A stretch of DNA of 64,000 nt from an uncultured delta proteobacterium (GTDB lineage Bacteria > Desulfobacterota > Syntrophia > Syntrophales > Smithellaceae): NCBI GenBank assembly GCA_903907985.1, contig CAIVQG010000026.1, positions 3,045 through 67,044 of the forward strand. The letters run 5' to 3'. This document shows, one piece after another, positions 1 to 7,699 of this stretch (positions are counted from its first letter, which is position 1; every line of letters begins with the position of its first letter). Made by a program: the position numbers and the translations under genes. The notes beneath the pieces are model-generated. The model was not told the origin of the DNA. It made no database searches and saw only the letters and a list, made by a program, of their open reading frames with translations.

Positions 1-872
1 TGCATGCCGAAACCAATGCCCGCAATGGGATGATCTTTAATTACCTCGATTGTCAGATGGTTCATTTTGATTCGGGTGTCTTTTGTAAAACCATCTATTG
101 TAATTCTCTCTTTTGCCGGCATAAGAAGAATTGCTGATATAACTATTATAATGAAAAATATATTTTTCTTATTGTGAAAACATAAAATTACCAGTGCTGC
201 AAGCAAGCCAAGCATAGCTCCTCTGGCTTGAGTCATTAATGTTGTAATAGTCATAATGAAGAAGCAACTTAGAGGCAATATTTTATAAAATATATTTTTG
301 CTTTTACTTAAAAATTGCAAACTAAGACAAATTCCAAATATGGTAATAAAATTAAGATAGTTACTGGACATACCCGCAGAAACTAACCCTAGTCTTGTCG
401 AAAAGGGATGATTGTCGATGAAATAGAAGCTCGCAACAGCCGCTAAAGAAAACAACATTGAGCTGGCAATAACAATCACAGATAGAATTTCAAGCCTCTT
501 TTGTGAATTGAAATAATTCACCAGTAAATAAAAAAAGATTATATATTTAAGCAAATGAGCGTGCAAATCATGAAAAGTATTTTTAAAATCAAGCGTGAAG
601 AACAAGCCGAAAACTGACCAGATGAAAAATAAAACGAAAGGCAAAGTAAGCGGTGATCGCAATATGAAATCAGTTTTTCTAAAAAAGAATAATATGATTA
701 GAAAAAAAAGAGAAAGGTAAAAACAAATTTCACTTAGGGCAGAAAAGGGCAGGGGATTTAAAAAAACGAAAAGACCTATCAAAAAAGGGATGGAGAAATT
801 CAATGCTTTATAAATTTTCTCAGCTTTTTCTGTTCTTGCTATGGCTCTTAATATAGAAGCAATATTCGTCAT
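1..872 (-). CDS. O-antigen ligase family protein (WaaL-like), partial, runs off the window start
   Basis: Not in the ORF track; translated by hand from ATG at 872 (GGAAGG upstream): MTNIASILRA..., multi-TM hydrophobic, with TQARGAMLG and R...IKDHPIAGIGFG motifs typical of Wzy_C/WaaL. Confidence 0.8.
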   Translation of the reverse strand, partial: MTNIASILRAIARTEKAEKIYKALNFSIPFLIGLFVFLNPLPFSALSEICFYLSLFFLIILFFFRKTDFILRSPLTLPFVLFFIWSVFGLFFTLDFKNTFHDLHAHLLKYIIFFYLLVNYFNSQKRLEILSVIVIASSMLFSLAAVASFYFIDNHPFSTRLGLVSAGMSSNYLNFITIFGICLSLQFLSKSKNIFYKILPLSCFFIMTITTLMTQARGAMLGLLAALVILCFHNKKNIFFIIIVISAILLMPAKERITIDGFTKDTRIKMNHLTIEVIKDHPIAGIGFGM

Positions 873-1000
873 ATTATCAATATTTTACCTTCCAATCATA
901 TTGTTTATTCTAAAAGTCACCGTAAATCCCGTAATTAGATTTGCAGCATCTATCAAGTTATGCTTATATTAATAATTAATAGCTATCAAGGAGATTATGA

Positions 1001-2017
1001 ATGGTTAAATATAAACAACTTATAGAGAGTGTTTTCTTGCGGATACTTTTAATTAGGAAATTTATTAATGCTGTCCTCCGCAATCTATTATTACCCTCTA
1101 TCCAACAAAAAGAGTATATCTCTGAACTAAGAACAACTTTTCGCAAAATTCCCCCCCTTGAATCGGCAAAGGAGCTCTTGCCGGATATAGCATGGTTAAG
1201 CCATATGAATGCTTTGAAAGATAATGTGGCAAATCGAGATCCGAGAAGGTTTCTTAGGTGGGATGTTATTACGGGAACAATGTTTACCGGGAATGCCCCA
1301 TATATTTCAACGGAACTGAATTATCTAAAAAATCATGCGGATTGGAATATGCGTTGGACTTCGGTAATCGAGGAGTCATCTGTTGGTCACCCAGTATTGT
1401 GCCCCTTTTATCCTCAGAGTAGTGGCAATTTAATTCATAATGCTTATCATGTGGCTCAATTTGAAGAGAAGACTGAAATTAAGATTCATAATATGGATTA
1501 TGTCTTTGAGTTCGGAGGTGGGTATGGGAGCATGTGTCGATTGTTGTTTAATTTAGGATTCAAGGGGAGATATATAATTTTCGATTTGCATCCATTTTCT
1601 GCACTGCAAAAATATTTTCTTAAGAATATAGGTTTGCCTGTGCTGTCATCAAATACTTTTAACAAACAAGAAACAGGTATATTGTGCTTATCAGATATTC
1701 GAGAGCTAAAAGCTTTATTTGCAGAGAATAAAGAGAAAAGCAAATCGGTTTTTATTGCTACATGGTCAATAAGCGAGTCACCCATTAGTGTTAGGGAGTT
1801 AATTTTACCGCACATTATAGATTTTAGCTCATTTCTTATTGCATATCAGGACATATTTGGAGGAACAAACAATCTTGATTATTTTAGGAATTGGCAGAAT
1901 GCCCACACAGATGTTACATGGCATAGTTCGAAAATAGAACACATACCCGGCAATAATTATCTTTTCGGAGCAAATTTAAATAATATTACAAATGAATTCT
2001 ATGACCGCAGGCAATAA
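1001..2017 (+). CDS. Putative sugar O-methyltransferase (NanM-like family)
   Basis: SAM motif VFEFGGGYG, YIIFDL, FIATWSISE; GGAG RBS upstream. Confidence 0.65.
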   Translation: MVKYKQLIESVFLRILLIRKFINAVLRNLLLPSIQQKEYISELRTTFRKIPPLESAKELLPDIAWLSHMNALKDNVANRDPRRFLRWDVITGTMFTGNAPYISTELNYLKNHADWNMRWTSVIEESSVGHPVLCPFYPQSSGNLIHNAYHVAQFEEKTEIKIHNMDYVFEFGGGYGSMCRLLFNLGFKGRYIIFDLHPFSALQKYFLKNIGLPVLSSNTFNKQETGILCLSDIRELKALFAENKEKSKSVFIATWSISESPISVRELILPHIIDFSSFLIAYQDIFGGTNNLDYFRNWQNAHTDVTWHSSKIEHIPGNNYLFGANLNNITNEFYDRRQ

Positions 2018-2061
2018 TTACATTACAATACTTCTGGCAACAGACGAGATAGGTTTTCAAA

Positions 2062-2703
2062 TTGATTAAAAAAAATAATATTATTTATAAAACGCATAAG
2101 AAAGTAAAAGAAGCGATAAGCGCCCGTAAAAAAATTATTCTTTGGCATTTAACTGGAAGGTCTATCCCGCCGCCGCATGTCGTAAAACAAAACATCATTA
2201 AATATTATGCGACAAACTTCAGACTGCTCAACTTTGTTGAGACAGGGACATATATGGGCGAAATGATCGATGCCATTCTGAAAAATTTTCCTAGAATAGT
2301 TTCCATTGAATTAGATCCGGCATTAGCTGAGCGGGCAAAAAACAAATTTTCTTCTTATGGCCATGTTACAATTCTTCAAGGCGATAGCGCGCAGGTATTG
2401 CCATCCGTCATTACGAATATAACCCGGCCTTGCTTATTCTGGCTGGATGCCCATTATTCCGGTGGTGTTACTTCTCAAGGTGAATTGGAAACACCAATTG
2501 CCAAGGAACTAAAAATTATTCTGGATCATCCTTGTACTGATCATGTTATTCTTATTGATGATGCGCGTGCATTTACGGGACAAAATAACTATCCGACACT
2601 AATGGAAGTAGAGAAAATGGTTCTTGCAAAAAGAAGTGATTGGTTGATGGAAGTTGATGCGGATGTGATTCGTCTTCACAAGAGAATCAAACAAAAACAA
2701 TAG
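2062..2703 (+). CDS. Class I SAM-dependent methyltransferase-like protein
   Basis: FVETGTYMG, SIELD, LQGDS, FWLDAHYSG, ILIDDAR motifs; TTG start. Confidence 0.6.
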   Translation: MIKKNNIIYKTHKKVKEAISARKKIILWHLTGRSIPPPHVVKQNIIKYYATNFRLLNFVETGTYMGEMIDAILKNFPRIVSIELDPALAERAKNKFSSYGHVTILQGDSAQVLPSVITNITRPCLFWLDAHYSGGVTSQGELETPIAKELKIILDHPCTDHVILIDDARAFTGQNNYPTLMEVEKMVLAKRSDWLMEVDADVIRLHKRIKQKQ

Positions 2704-2732
2704 CTCATAATCTTGAAACAACAGGTGATTGA

Positions 2733-3503
2733 TTGGGAAAAGCTCCTCTTTCCATAGCTATCATAACGAAGAATGAAGAAGAGAATATTCGATCTTGCCT
2801 GCAGAGCATTGCTTTTGCCCGGCAGATCGTTGTAGTTGATTCCGGAAGTGCCGATGGAACGTTGCAAATTGCCGCCGAGTTTGGTTGTGATATCTACAAA
2901 GAGTCCTGGTTGGGATTCGGTCCGCAAAAGCAACTGGCTATAGATAAATGCCGTGAACAGTGGATTTTGGTGATTGATGCCGATGAACGGATTCCTCAAG
3001 AAACAGCGGATGCCATAAGAGCTGTTATATCCAATCCCGGAATGAAAGAGGCGGGATTCAGCTTTCCCCGCAAAAACTTTTTTCAGGGCCGCTGGATCAA
3101 ACATGCCGGCTGGTGGCCTGATCGAATTATCCGGTTATTCCGGAAAGAATCAGGCCGGATGACCGAGGCCGCCGTTCATGAAGCAGTGGAAGTTGACGGC
3201 ATCGTTGGCGCCTTAGATGTTCCCATTGAACATTTTACGGAAAGCCGTTTGAGCAAAATTCTGCAAAAGATTGATAGATATTCTTCACTGGGAGCCCAGG
3301 AAGCATTTAAAGAAGGCAAACGCTCGTCAACTGGCTCAGCTTTCCTGCGAGCATTCTTCACTTTCTTTCAGGATTATTTTCTACGTAGGGGTTTCCTCGA
3401 TGGCATGCCCGGGCTCACCCTGGCTGTTACCGATTCCGTCAACAAATTTTTTAAATATGCGAAATTAAGTGAACTTACCAGAATCAACCATGGCGGTAAT
3501 TAA
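2733..3503 (+). CDS. GT2 glycosyltransferase, WaaE/KdtX-like LPS core glucosyltransferase
   Basis: IITKNEE, VVDSGSADGT, WLGFGPQKQ, IDADER, WWPD..RLF, VHE, GFLDG motifs. Confidence 0.85.
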   Translation: MGKAPLSIAIITKNEEENIRSCLQSIAFARQIVVVDSGSADGTLQIAAEFGCDIYKESWLGFGPQKQLAIDKCREQWILVIDADERIPQETADAIRAVISNPGMKEAGFSFPRKNFFQGRWIKHAGWWPDRIIRLFRKESGRMTEAAVHEAVEVDGIVGALDVPIEHFTESRLSKILQKIDRYSSLGAQEAFKEGKRSSTGSAFLRAFFTFFQDYFLRRGFLDGMPGLTLAVTDSVNKFFKYAKLSELTRINHGGN

Positions 3504-3506
3504 ACG

Positions 3507-4454
3507 ATGAAAGAGCGCGATGGTGATAAACAACCTAATCAAATTGATGTATCCATAGTCATTGTTAACTGGAACACAAAAGATCTTTTGAAAAATTGTC
3601 TCAACTCCGTCTATCAAACTATAAACAACTTAACATTCGAGATCATAGTAGTTGATAATGCCTCTTCTGACGGCTCTCTAGAAATGCTGGAACGTGATTT
3701 CCCTCAGGCAATCAGAATTTGTAATCAGGAGAATAAAGGGTTTGGCGCGGCCAATAATCAGGCCTTTGCTGTTATGAAAGGCAAATACGCCTTGCTTTTG
3801 AATACGGATGCCTTGTTGACGCCGAAAGCTGTAAATAAATTGTGGACTTTTTGTGAAGCAAATAATCAGGCTGCGATTGTCTGCGGGCAACTTTTAAATG
3901 CTGACGGGAGCAAACAAAACTCTATCGCGTCATTTCCGAATTTGCTGACATTGGCCACCAATACATCACTGCTGGAGTATTTATTCCCCAATAAATTCCC
4001 CAGCAAAAGATATGAACGTGAAAGGCCTATTGAAGTTGATTCGGCTGTAGGCGCCTGTATGATGATTCGGAAAAAGGCATTGGATGAAACCGGTGTTTTT
4101 GATGAGCGCTACTTTTTCTTTTTTGAAGAAACTGATCTGGCTTATGCAATGAAACAAGCTGACTGGAAAACATATCACATTCCGGATGCCTATATTTATC
4201 ATTTGCAGGGGCAAAGTATTGGTAATAATATTCGATCAAGAATTGAATTTTATCGGTCGCGTTATCAATTCCTGCGAAAATGGCACAGCCGTGCTTATTA
4301 CATTTGCGCAAGCGGAATAATCTTTATTCGCCTGTTTGTTAACTGGGTGTCAGCCGGCATAGCAAGCGCAGTTACTTTAGGTCTCGTTAAAAAAAACCGG
4401 CAAAAATTTGCTGTTTATTTCCGGTTGATTTTTTGGCATTTTAGACGAGATTGA
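3507..4454 (+). CDS. GT2 glycosyltransferase (rhamnosyltransferase-like)
   Basis: IVIVNWN, VVDNASSDGS, NKGFGAANN, LLNTD, FDERYFFFFEETDL. Confidence 0.85.
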   Translation: MKERDGDKQPNQIDVSIVIVNWNTKDLLKNCLNSVYQTINNLTFEIIVVDNASSDGSLEMLERDFPQAIRICNQENKGFGAANNQAFAVMKGKYALLLNTDALLTPKAVNKLWTFCEANNQAAIVCGQLLNADGSKQNSIASFPNLLTLATNTSLLEYLFPNKFPSKRYERERPIEVDSAVGACMMIRKKALDETGVFDERYFFFFEETDLAYAMKQADWKTYHIPDAYIYHLQGQSIGNNIRSRIEFYRSRYQFLRKWHSRAYYICASGIIFIRLFVNWVSAGIASAVTLGLVKKNRQKFAVYFRLIFWHFRRD

Positions 4455-4548
4455 CGGAAAGTTAGTGCTGAGCTTGCTTTTAGAGGGGAATGCGATTTGA
4501 TATGTGCATTTCCCGAATACATTATACAATATATTCCATTGTCACCAC

Positions 4549-4574
4549 TTAGTCATTCCCTTGCGAATGACTAA
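4549..4574. repeat. Perfect 10-bp inverted repeat TTAGTCATTC-N6-GAATGACTAA
   Basis: Read directly; the stem extends imperfectly outward (TTGTC at 4539 pairs with GACAA at 4578). Confidence 0.8.
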
Positions 4575-4704
4575 TGAGACAAGGTAATCCAGGAAAAACA
4601 ATTATAGACTGTCCAATCATGATCTGAGGCCACAATAAACCAGAAGGTCACATGAGTTGGCAAATAACAAAGGTGCTGGTTTTGTGCATCTTCAAAGCCG
4701 CCGC

Positions 4705-4733
4705 TTGACAAATAGTCCGATGAGTAGTATTGT
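4705..4733 (+). promoter_or_regulatory. sigma70-type promoter of the TA operon
   Basis: TTGACA (4705-4710), 17 nt, TATTGT (4728-4733), 29 nt before the antitoxin ATG. Confidence 0.7.
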
Positions 4734-4762
4734 AAATAACACTAACAAAAGGATTATTAAAT

Positions 4763-5020
4763 ATGACGCAAATAATTACAGCCAATGAATTAAAGACCAA
4801 GGGTGTTTCTATTTTGAATGGCGATACTGCCGATGGATCAGAAATAATTATAACAGTTAGGGGGAAAAATAAATATGTTGTTCTTCCCATCGAGAAATAT
4901 AATTATTTGCGAGAATGTGAATTAGAAACAGCCTTACTGGAAACCAGAAGAGATATTAAAGAAGGAAAATTTACCAAAGAGTCCGTGGAAAAACATATTA
5001 AGAGAATAACTCGTGGCTGA
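4763..5020 (+). CDS. Type II antitoxin, Phd/YefM family
   Basis: 85 aa; ITANELK...IITVRGKNKYVVL N-terminal Phd fold pattern; overlaps the toxin start. Confidence 0.85.
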   Translation: MTQIITANELKTKGVSILNGDTADGSEIIITVRGKNKYVVLPIEKYNYLRECELETALLETRRDIKEGKFTKESVEKHIKRITRG

Positions 5021-5285
5021 AATATTTTATACCGATAGTTATATAAAGCGAGCTAAAAAATTTATAAAGAAACATCCTGAATTAATATCTCAATACGAAA
5101 AAACATTAAAATTAATAGAACTGAATACCTATCACCCTTCATTACGATTACATAAATTGCAAGGGAAATTGGCTGAATTATATTCCGTTTCTATTAATAT
5201 TTCTTATCGTATTTCTTTGGATTTTTTGATTGAAGATAACAAAATAATTCCAGTTGATACTGGCAGTCATGATGATATTTATTAG
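5013..5285 (+). CDS. Type II toxin, RelE/StbE/YafQ-like mRNA interferase
   Basis: 90 aa; HPSLRLHKLQG, SVSINISYRI, C-terminal GSHDDIY; translationally coupled to the antitoxin. Confidence 0.85.
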   Translation: MAEIFYTDSYIKRAKKFIKKHPELISQYEKTLKLIELNTYHPSLRLHKLQGKLAELYSVSINISYRISLDFLIEDNKIIPVDTGSHDDIY

Positions 5286-5401
5286 TGAGACTCCAGTTAC
5301 GAAAGCGCAGCGTCTAACCTAACTGTCACGAGTTGGAATTGGCCAGACGAGCTATCCCGCTTCAGCGGCGGCAGTCAAAATTTTGTATTAAGAGGTGAGC
5401 A

Positions 5402-6160
5402 ATGGAAGATTTATATGCTATCTGTAAAAGTTTTGCCGATCCTGTTTTTATAATTTTTATTCTGCTTTTCGTTGCTTTAATTCTCTGTCTTCGCGGCAGT
5501 AAAAAAAAGATTGGCATCTTGATTTTAGGCTTGGCTATTCTCTTGCTCTATGGATTAAGTATTGCACCTGTTGCCAATTATTTAGCCTACGACCTGGAAA
5601 AAGATTATTTACGCTCTCCAACTCCGGCAGAGAAAAAGATCGATGCAATTGTTATTTTGGGTGGTGGTGCTGATGATATTAATTCTCTAAATAGCACTTT
5701 TGCAACGGAAGCATCTTCAGCCCGGTTACTTCATGGAGTTGAAATTTTTAATAAATATGGGGCAAGATATTTTGTCTGTTCAGGCAAGGGAGCAGGCAGA
5801 AGGTCTGAAGGTGAAGTACTGGGGCAGATGGCATTATCACTGGGCGTGCCGAAGGAAAAAATACGAATTGATGCCAAATCGAATAATACTTGGGAGCACG
5901 CAGTAGAGCTCAATAAGATGTTTGCGGACAAAAACATTTATATTGGAATTGTTACCTCCGGTTATCATATGAAGAGGAGTGAAAAAGAATTTAAAAAATA
6001 TTTTAGCAATGTTGTGCCGCTACCTGCATCTTATTCATATTCTTCACCGTCAGGGGAAAATGTGCTGAAGTATATTCCACAAACGGCAGCACTGAATGCA
6101 ACAGCGACAGCATTAAGAGAGATAATCGGATCAATCTGGTACGAAATAAAAGCTATATGA
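5402..6160 (+). CDS. YdcF/DUF218 family membrane protein (ElyC-like)
   Basis: N-terminal TM helices, DAIVILGGG, RLLHG, SNNTWEHA, VTSGYHMKRS, LREIIG. Confidence 0.85.
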   Translation: MEDLYAICKSFADPVFIIFILLFVALILCLRGSKKKIGILILGLAILLLYGLSIAPVANYLAYDLEKDYLRSPTPAEKKIDAIVILGGGADDINSLNSTFATEASSARLLHGVEIFNKYGARYFVCSGKGAGRRSEGEVLGQMALSLGVPKEKIRIDAKSNNTWEHAVELNKMFADKNIYIGIVTSGYHMKRSEKEFKKYFSNVVPLPASYSYSSPSGENVLKYIPQTAALNATATALREIIGSIWYEIKAI

Positions 6161-6237
6161 ATAAAGCTTGCTCCAATTATACAAAAATCTGCGTATTTCC
6201 CTTGACTTTACGTAATAATTTCATTAAATATCATTGC

Positions 6238-6252
6238 GTTCAAGTTATGAAC
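6238..6252. promoter_or_regulatory. Palindrome GTTCA-N5-TGAAC, candidate operator upstream of the MarR regulator
   Basis: Read directly; lies between a TTGACT -35-like box (6202) and the ATG at 6266. Confidence 0.45.
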
Positions 6253-6265
6253 ACAAGCGATTTTT

Positions 6266-6643
6266 ATGGCAATTCACTTGAAAAAAAATTCCGAAGTTGA
6301 AGAAACCCTTATGGTTCTTCGCGAAATAGACACAAAGCCTCAGTTGACTCAGAGGGAGTTGTCTGCACGTTTGGGGTTGAGTCTGGGTAAAATAAACTTT
6401 TTGATAAAAGCAATGATTGAGAAGGGATTGATTAAGACAGAAAACTTCAAAAACTCCAAGAATAAAAACGCCTATTTGTACGTGCTTACACCAATGGGTA
6501 TCGAAGAAAAAACAAAAACCACCTATCGTTTCCTGAAGAGAAAGATAGACGAATATGAAAAACTGGAAATAGAAATCAAGCAATTGAAAAAAGAAGTTGG
6601 TCATCACGATTTTCCGGATAAAGGTCGGAATAGTATTTTGTAG
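6266..6643 (+). CDS. MarR family EPS-associated transcriptional regulator
   Basis: TQRELSARLGLSLGKINF, ENFKNSKNKNAYLYVLTPMG, FLKRKIDEYE: signature of the EPS-associated MarR family. Confidence 0.92.
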   Translation: MAIHLKKNSEVEETLMVLREIDTKPQLTQRELSARLGLSLGKINFLIKAMIEKGLIKTENFKNSKNKNAYLYVLTPMGIEEKTKTTYRFLKRKIDEYEKLEIEIKQLKKEVGHHDFPDKGRNSIL

Positions 6644-6695
6644 CGCGGGATAGAATATTTTAACTATTTGTAAAAAAACTAATTGTTGTTTGTGG

Positions 6696-6726
6696 ATGCA
6701 TGTAGATGTAAGCCAGAGGGCGGAGC
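6696..6726 (+). promoter_or_regulatory. JUMPstart/ops-like element
   Basis: ATGCATGTAGATGTAAGCCAGAGGGCGGAGC resembles the enterobacterial JUMPstart (…GGTAGCTGTTAAGCCAGGGGCGGTAGC) but lacks the T of GGCGGTAG; sits at the head of the O-antigen block. Confidence 0.45.
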
Positions 6727-6883
6727 TGTAAAAGGTGAGAGGTTTGAACAACGGCATATTTCAGAGTAATGGATGGTTTCCCAATTTTTTCGAGAATTGC
6801 ATTTCAGTTTTTGCCGCTGAATTGGCTTTGCATCAGATAAAAGGATTATGAAGAGTTCATTTCACCCCCACATACAACCTGAT

Positions 6884-6964
6884 TTATCCCGGAATCCCGG
6901 GTTTTCCGTGCATTGGACGCGCACCTCCCTGAGTTACGCCGGTTTGAGTATCTTTGAAGCCCAT
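6884..6964 (-). pseudogene. 26-aa ORF, probable fused N- and C-terminal remnant of the transposase
   Basis: MGFKDTQTGVTQGGARPMHGKPGIPG with strong promoter and SD, between the TIRs; the transposase assignment is inference. Confidence 0.5.
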
Positions 6965-6993
6965 GATTCCTCCAAAAGGTTTTATTTGAATGA

Positions 6994-7022
6994 ATTATAC
7001 CAGAAAGGCAGATGTTTGTCAA
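6994..7022 (-). promoter_or_regulatory. Perfect consensus sigma70 promoter with extended -10, inside the miniature element
   Basis: Minus strand: TTGACA, 17-nt spacer ending TGG, TATAAT; followed by GGAGG (6969-6973) and ATG at 6964. Confidence 0.85.
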
Positions 7023-7137
7023 AATATATATATAATAATATCAACGTATTATGTTTAAATAAGGCAATTTTTCAATGAAATTCTGTTGCATGAAAAAGGA
7101 AATTTCTTGTCTAGTTGTGCAAAGGTCTCAAGTCATT

Positions 7138-7698
7138 GTGAAACGTTTTGTTGATTTTTTGTTGGCTTTAATTTTAATACTTATTGCGTCTATACCCATT
7201 TTAATAATTGTGTTTATGGTGAGGAGTACTTCTCGTGGGCCAGCCATATATTGGTCGGATCGAGTCGGCAAGAATAACAGAATATTCCGGATGCCGAAAT
7301 TTCGCACAATGCGCGTTGATACTCCGCTAGTTGCAACACACCTCCTGCAAAATGTTGAAAGTTTTCTAACACCTGTTGGTCCTTTCTTACGCAAAACAAG
7401 TCTCGATGAGTTGCCTCAATTGTGGAGTGTGCTAAAGGGAGATATGAGTTTTGTAGGTCCTCGCCCAGCTCTTTTTAATCAAGATGATTTAATTAAACTG
7501 AGAACAGAGAGAGGAATATCGCAATTGACTCCTGGAGTCACTGGTTGGGCACAAATTAACGGCCGAGATGATTTGCCGATTCCAGTTAAGGTGTCGTATG
7601 ATGAGTTTTATATGAAGCATCAAACATTTATTTTTGATATAAAAATTATTTGGCGAACCGTTTTCAAAGTGATTAAAAAGGAAGGCGTAGCTCATTAG
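7138..7698 (+). CDS. Initiating phosphoglycosyl transferase (bacterial sugar transferase, PglC-like)
   Basis: KRFVD, KFRTM, FLRKTSLDELPQL, GDMSFVGPRP, PGVTGWAQINGR. Likely GTG start at 7138; the extension to 7075 is miniature-element sequence. Confidence 0.92.
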   Translation: MKRFVDFLLALILILIASIPILIIVFMVRSTSRGPAIYWSDRVGKNNRIFRMPKFRTMRVDTPLVATHLLQNVESFLTPVGPFLRKTSLDELPQLWSVLKGDMSFVGPRPALFNQDDLIKLRTERGISQLTPGVTGWAQINGRDDLPIPVKVSYDEFYMKHQTFIFDIKIIWRTVFKVIKKEGVAH

Positions 7699-7699
7699 T

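Larger units (their letters stand above)
6737..7129 (-). mobile_element. 393-bp miniature element or internally deleted IS5-family (IS1106-like) element
   Basis: 16-bp terminal inverted repeats GAGAGGTTTGAACAAC (6737-6752) and GTTGTGCAAAGGTCTC (7114-7129), 13/16 match; internal promoter, SD and 26-codon ORF; flanks AGGT/AAGT form an imperfect 4-bp duplication. Confidence 0.75.

Noticed and set aside
4455-5400. TA pair as an integron gene cassette (GTCTAAC at about 5312, GTTAGTG at 4460)
   Set aside because: No complete attC hairpin with a paired GTTRRRY downstream, and no integrase or cassette array.
6848-7137. Plus-strand ORF 6848-7078 and the N-terminal extension of the 7075 ORF
   Set aside because: Both lie in the miniature element; family similarity of the transferase begins only at GTG 7138.
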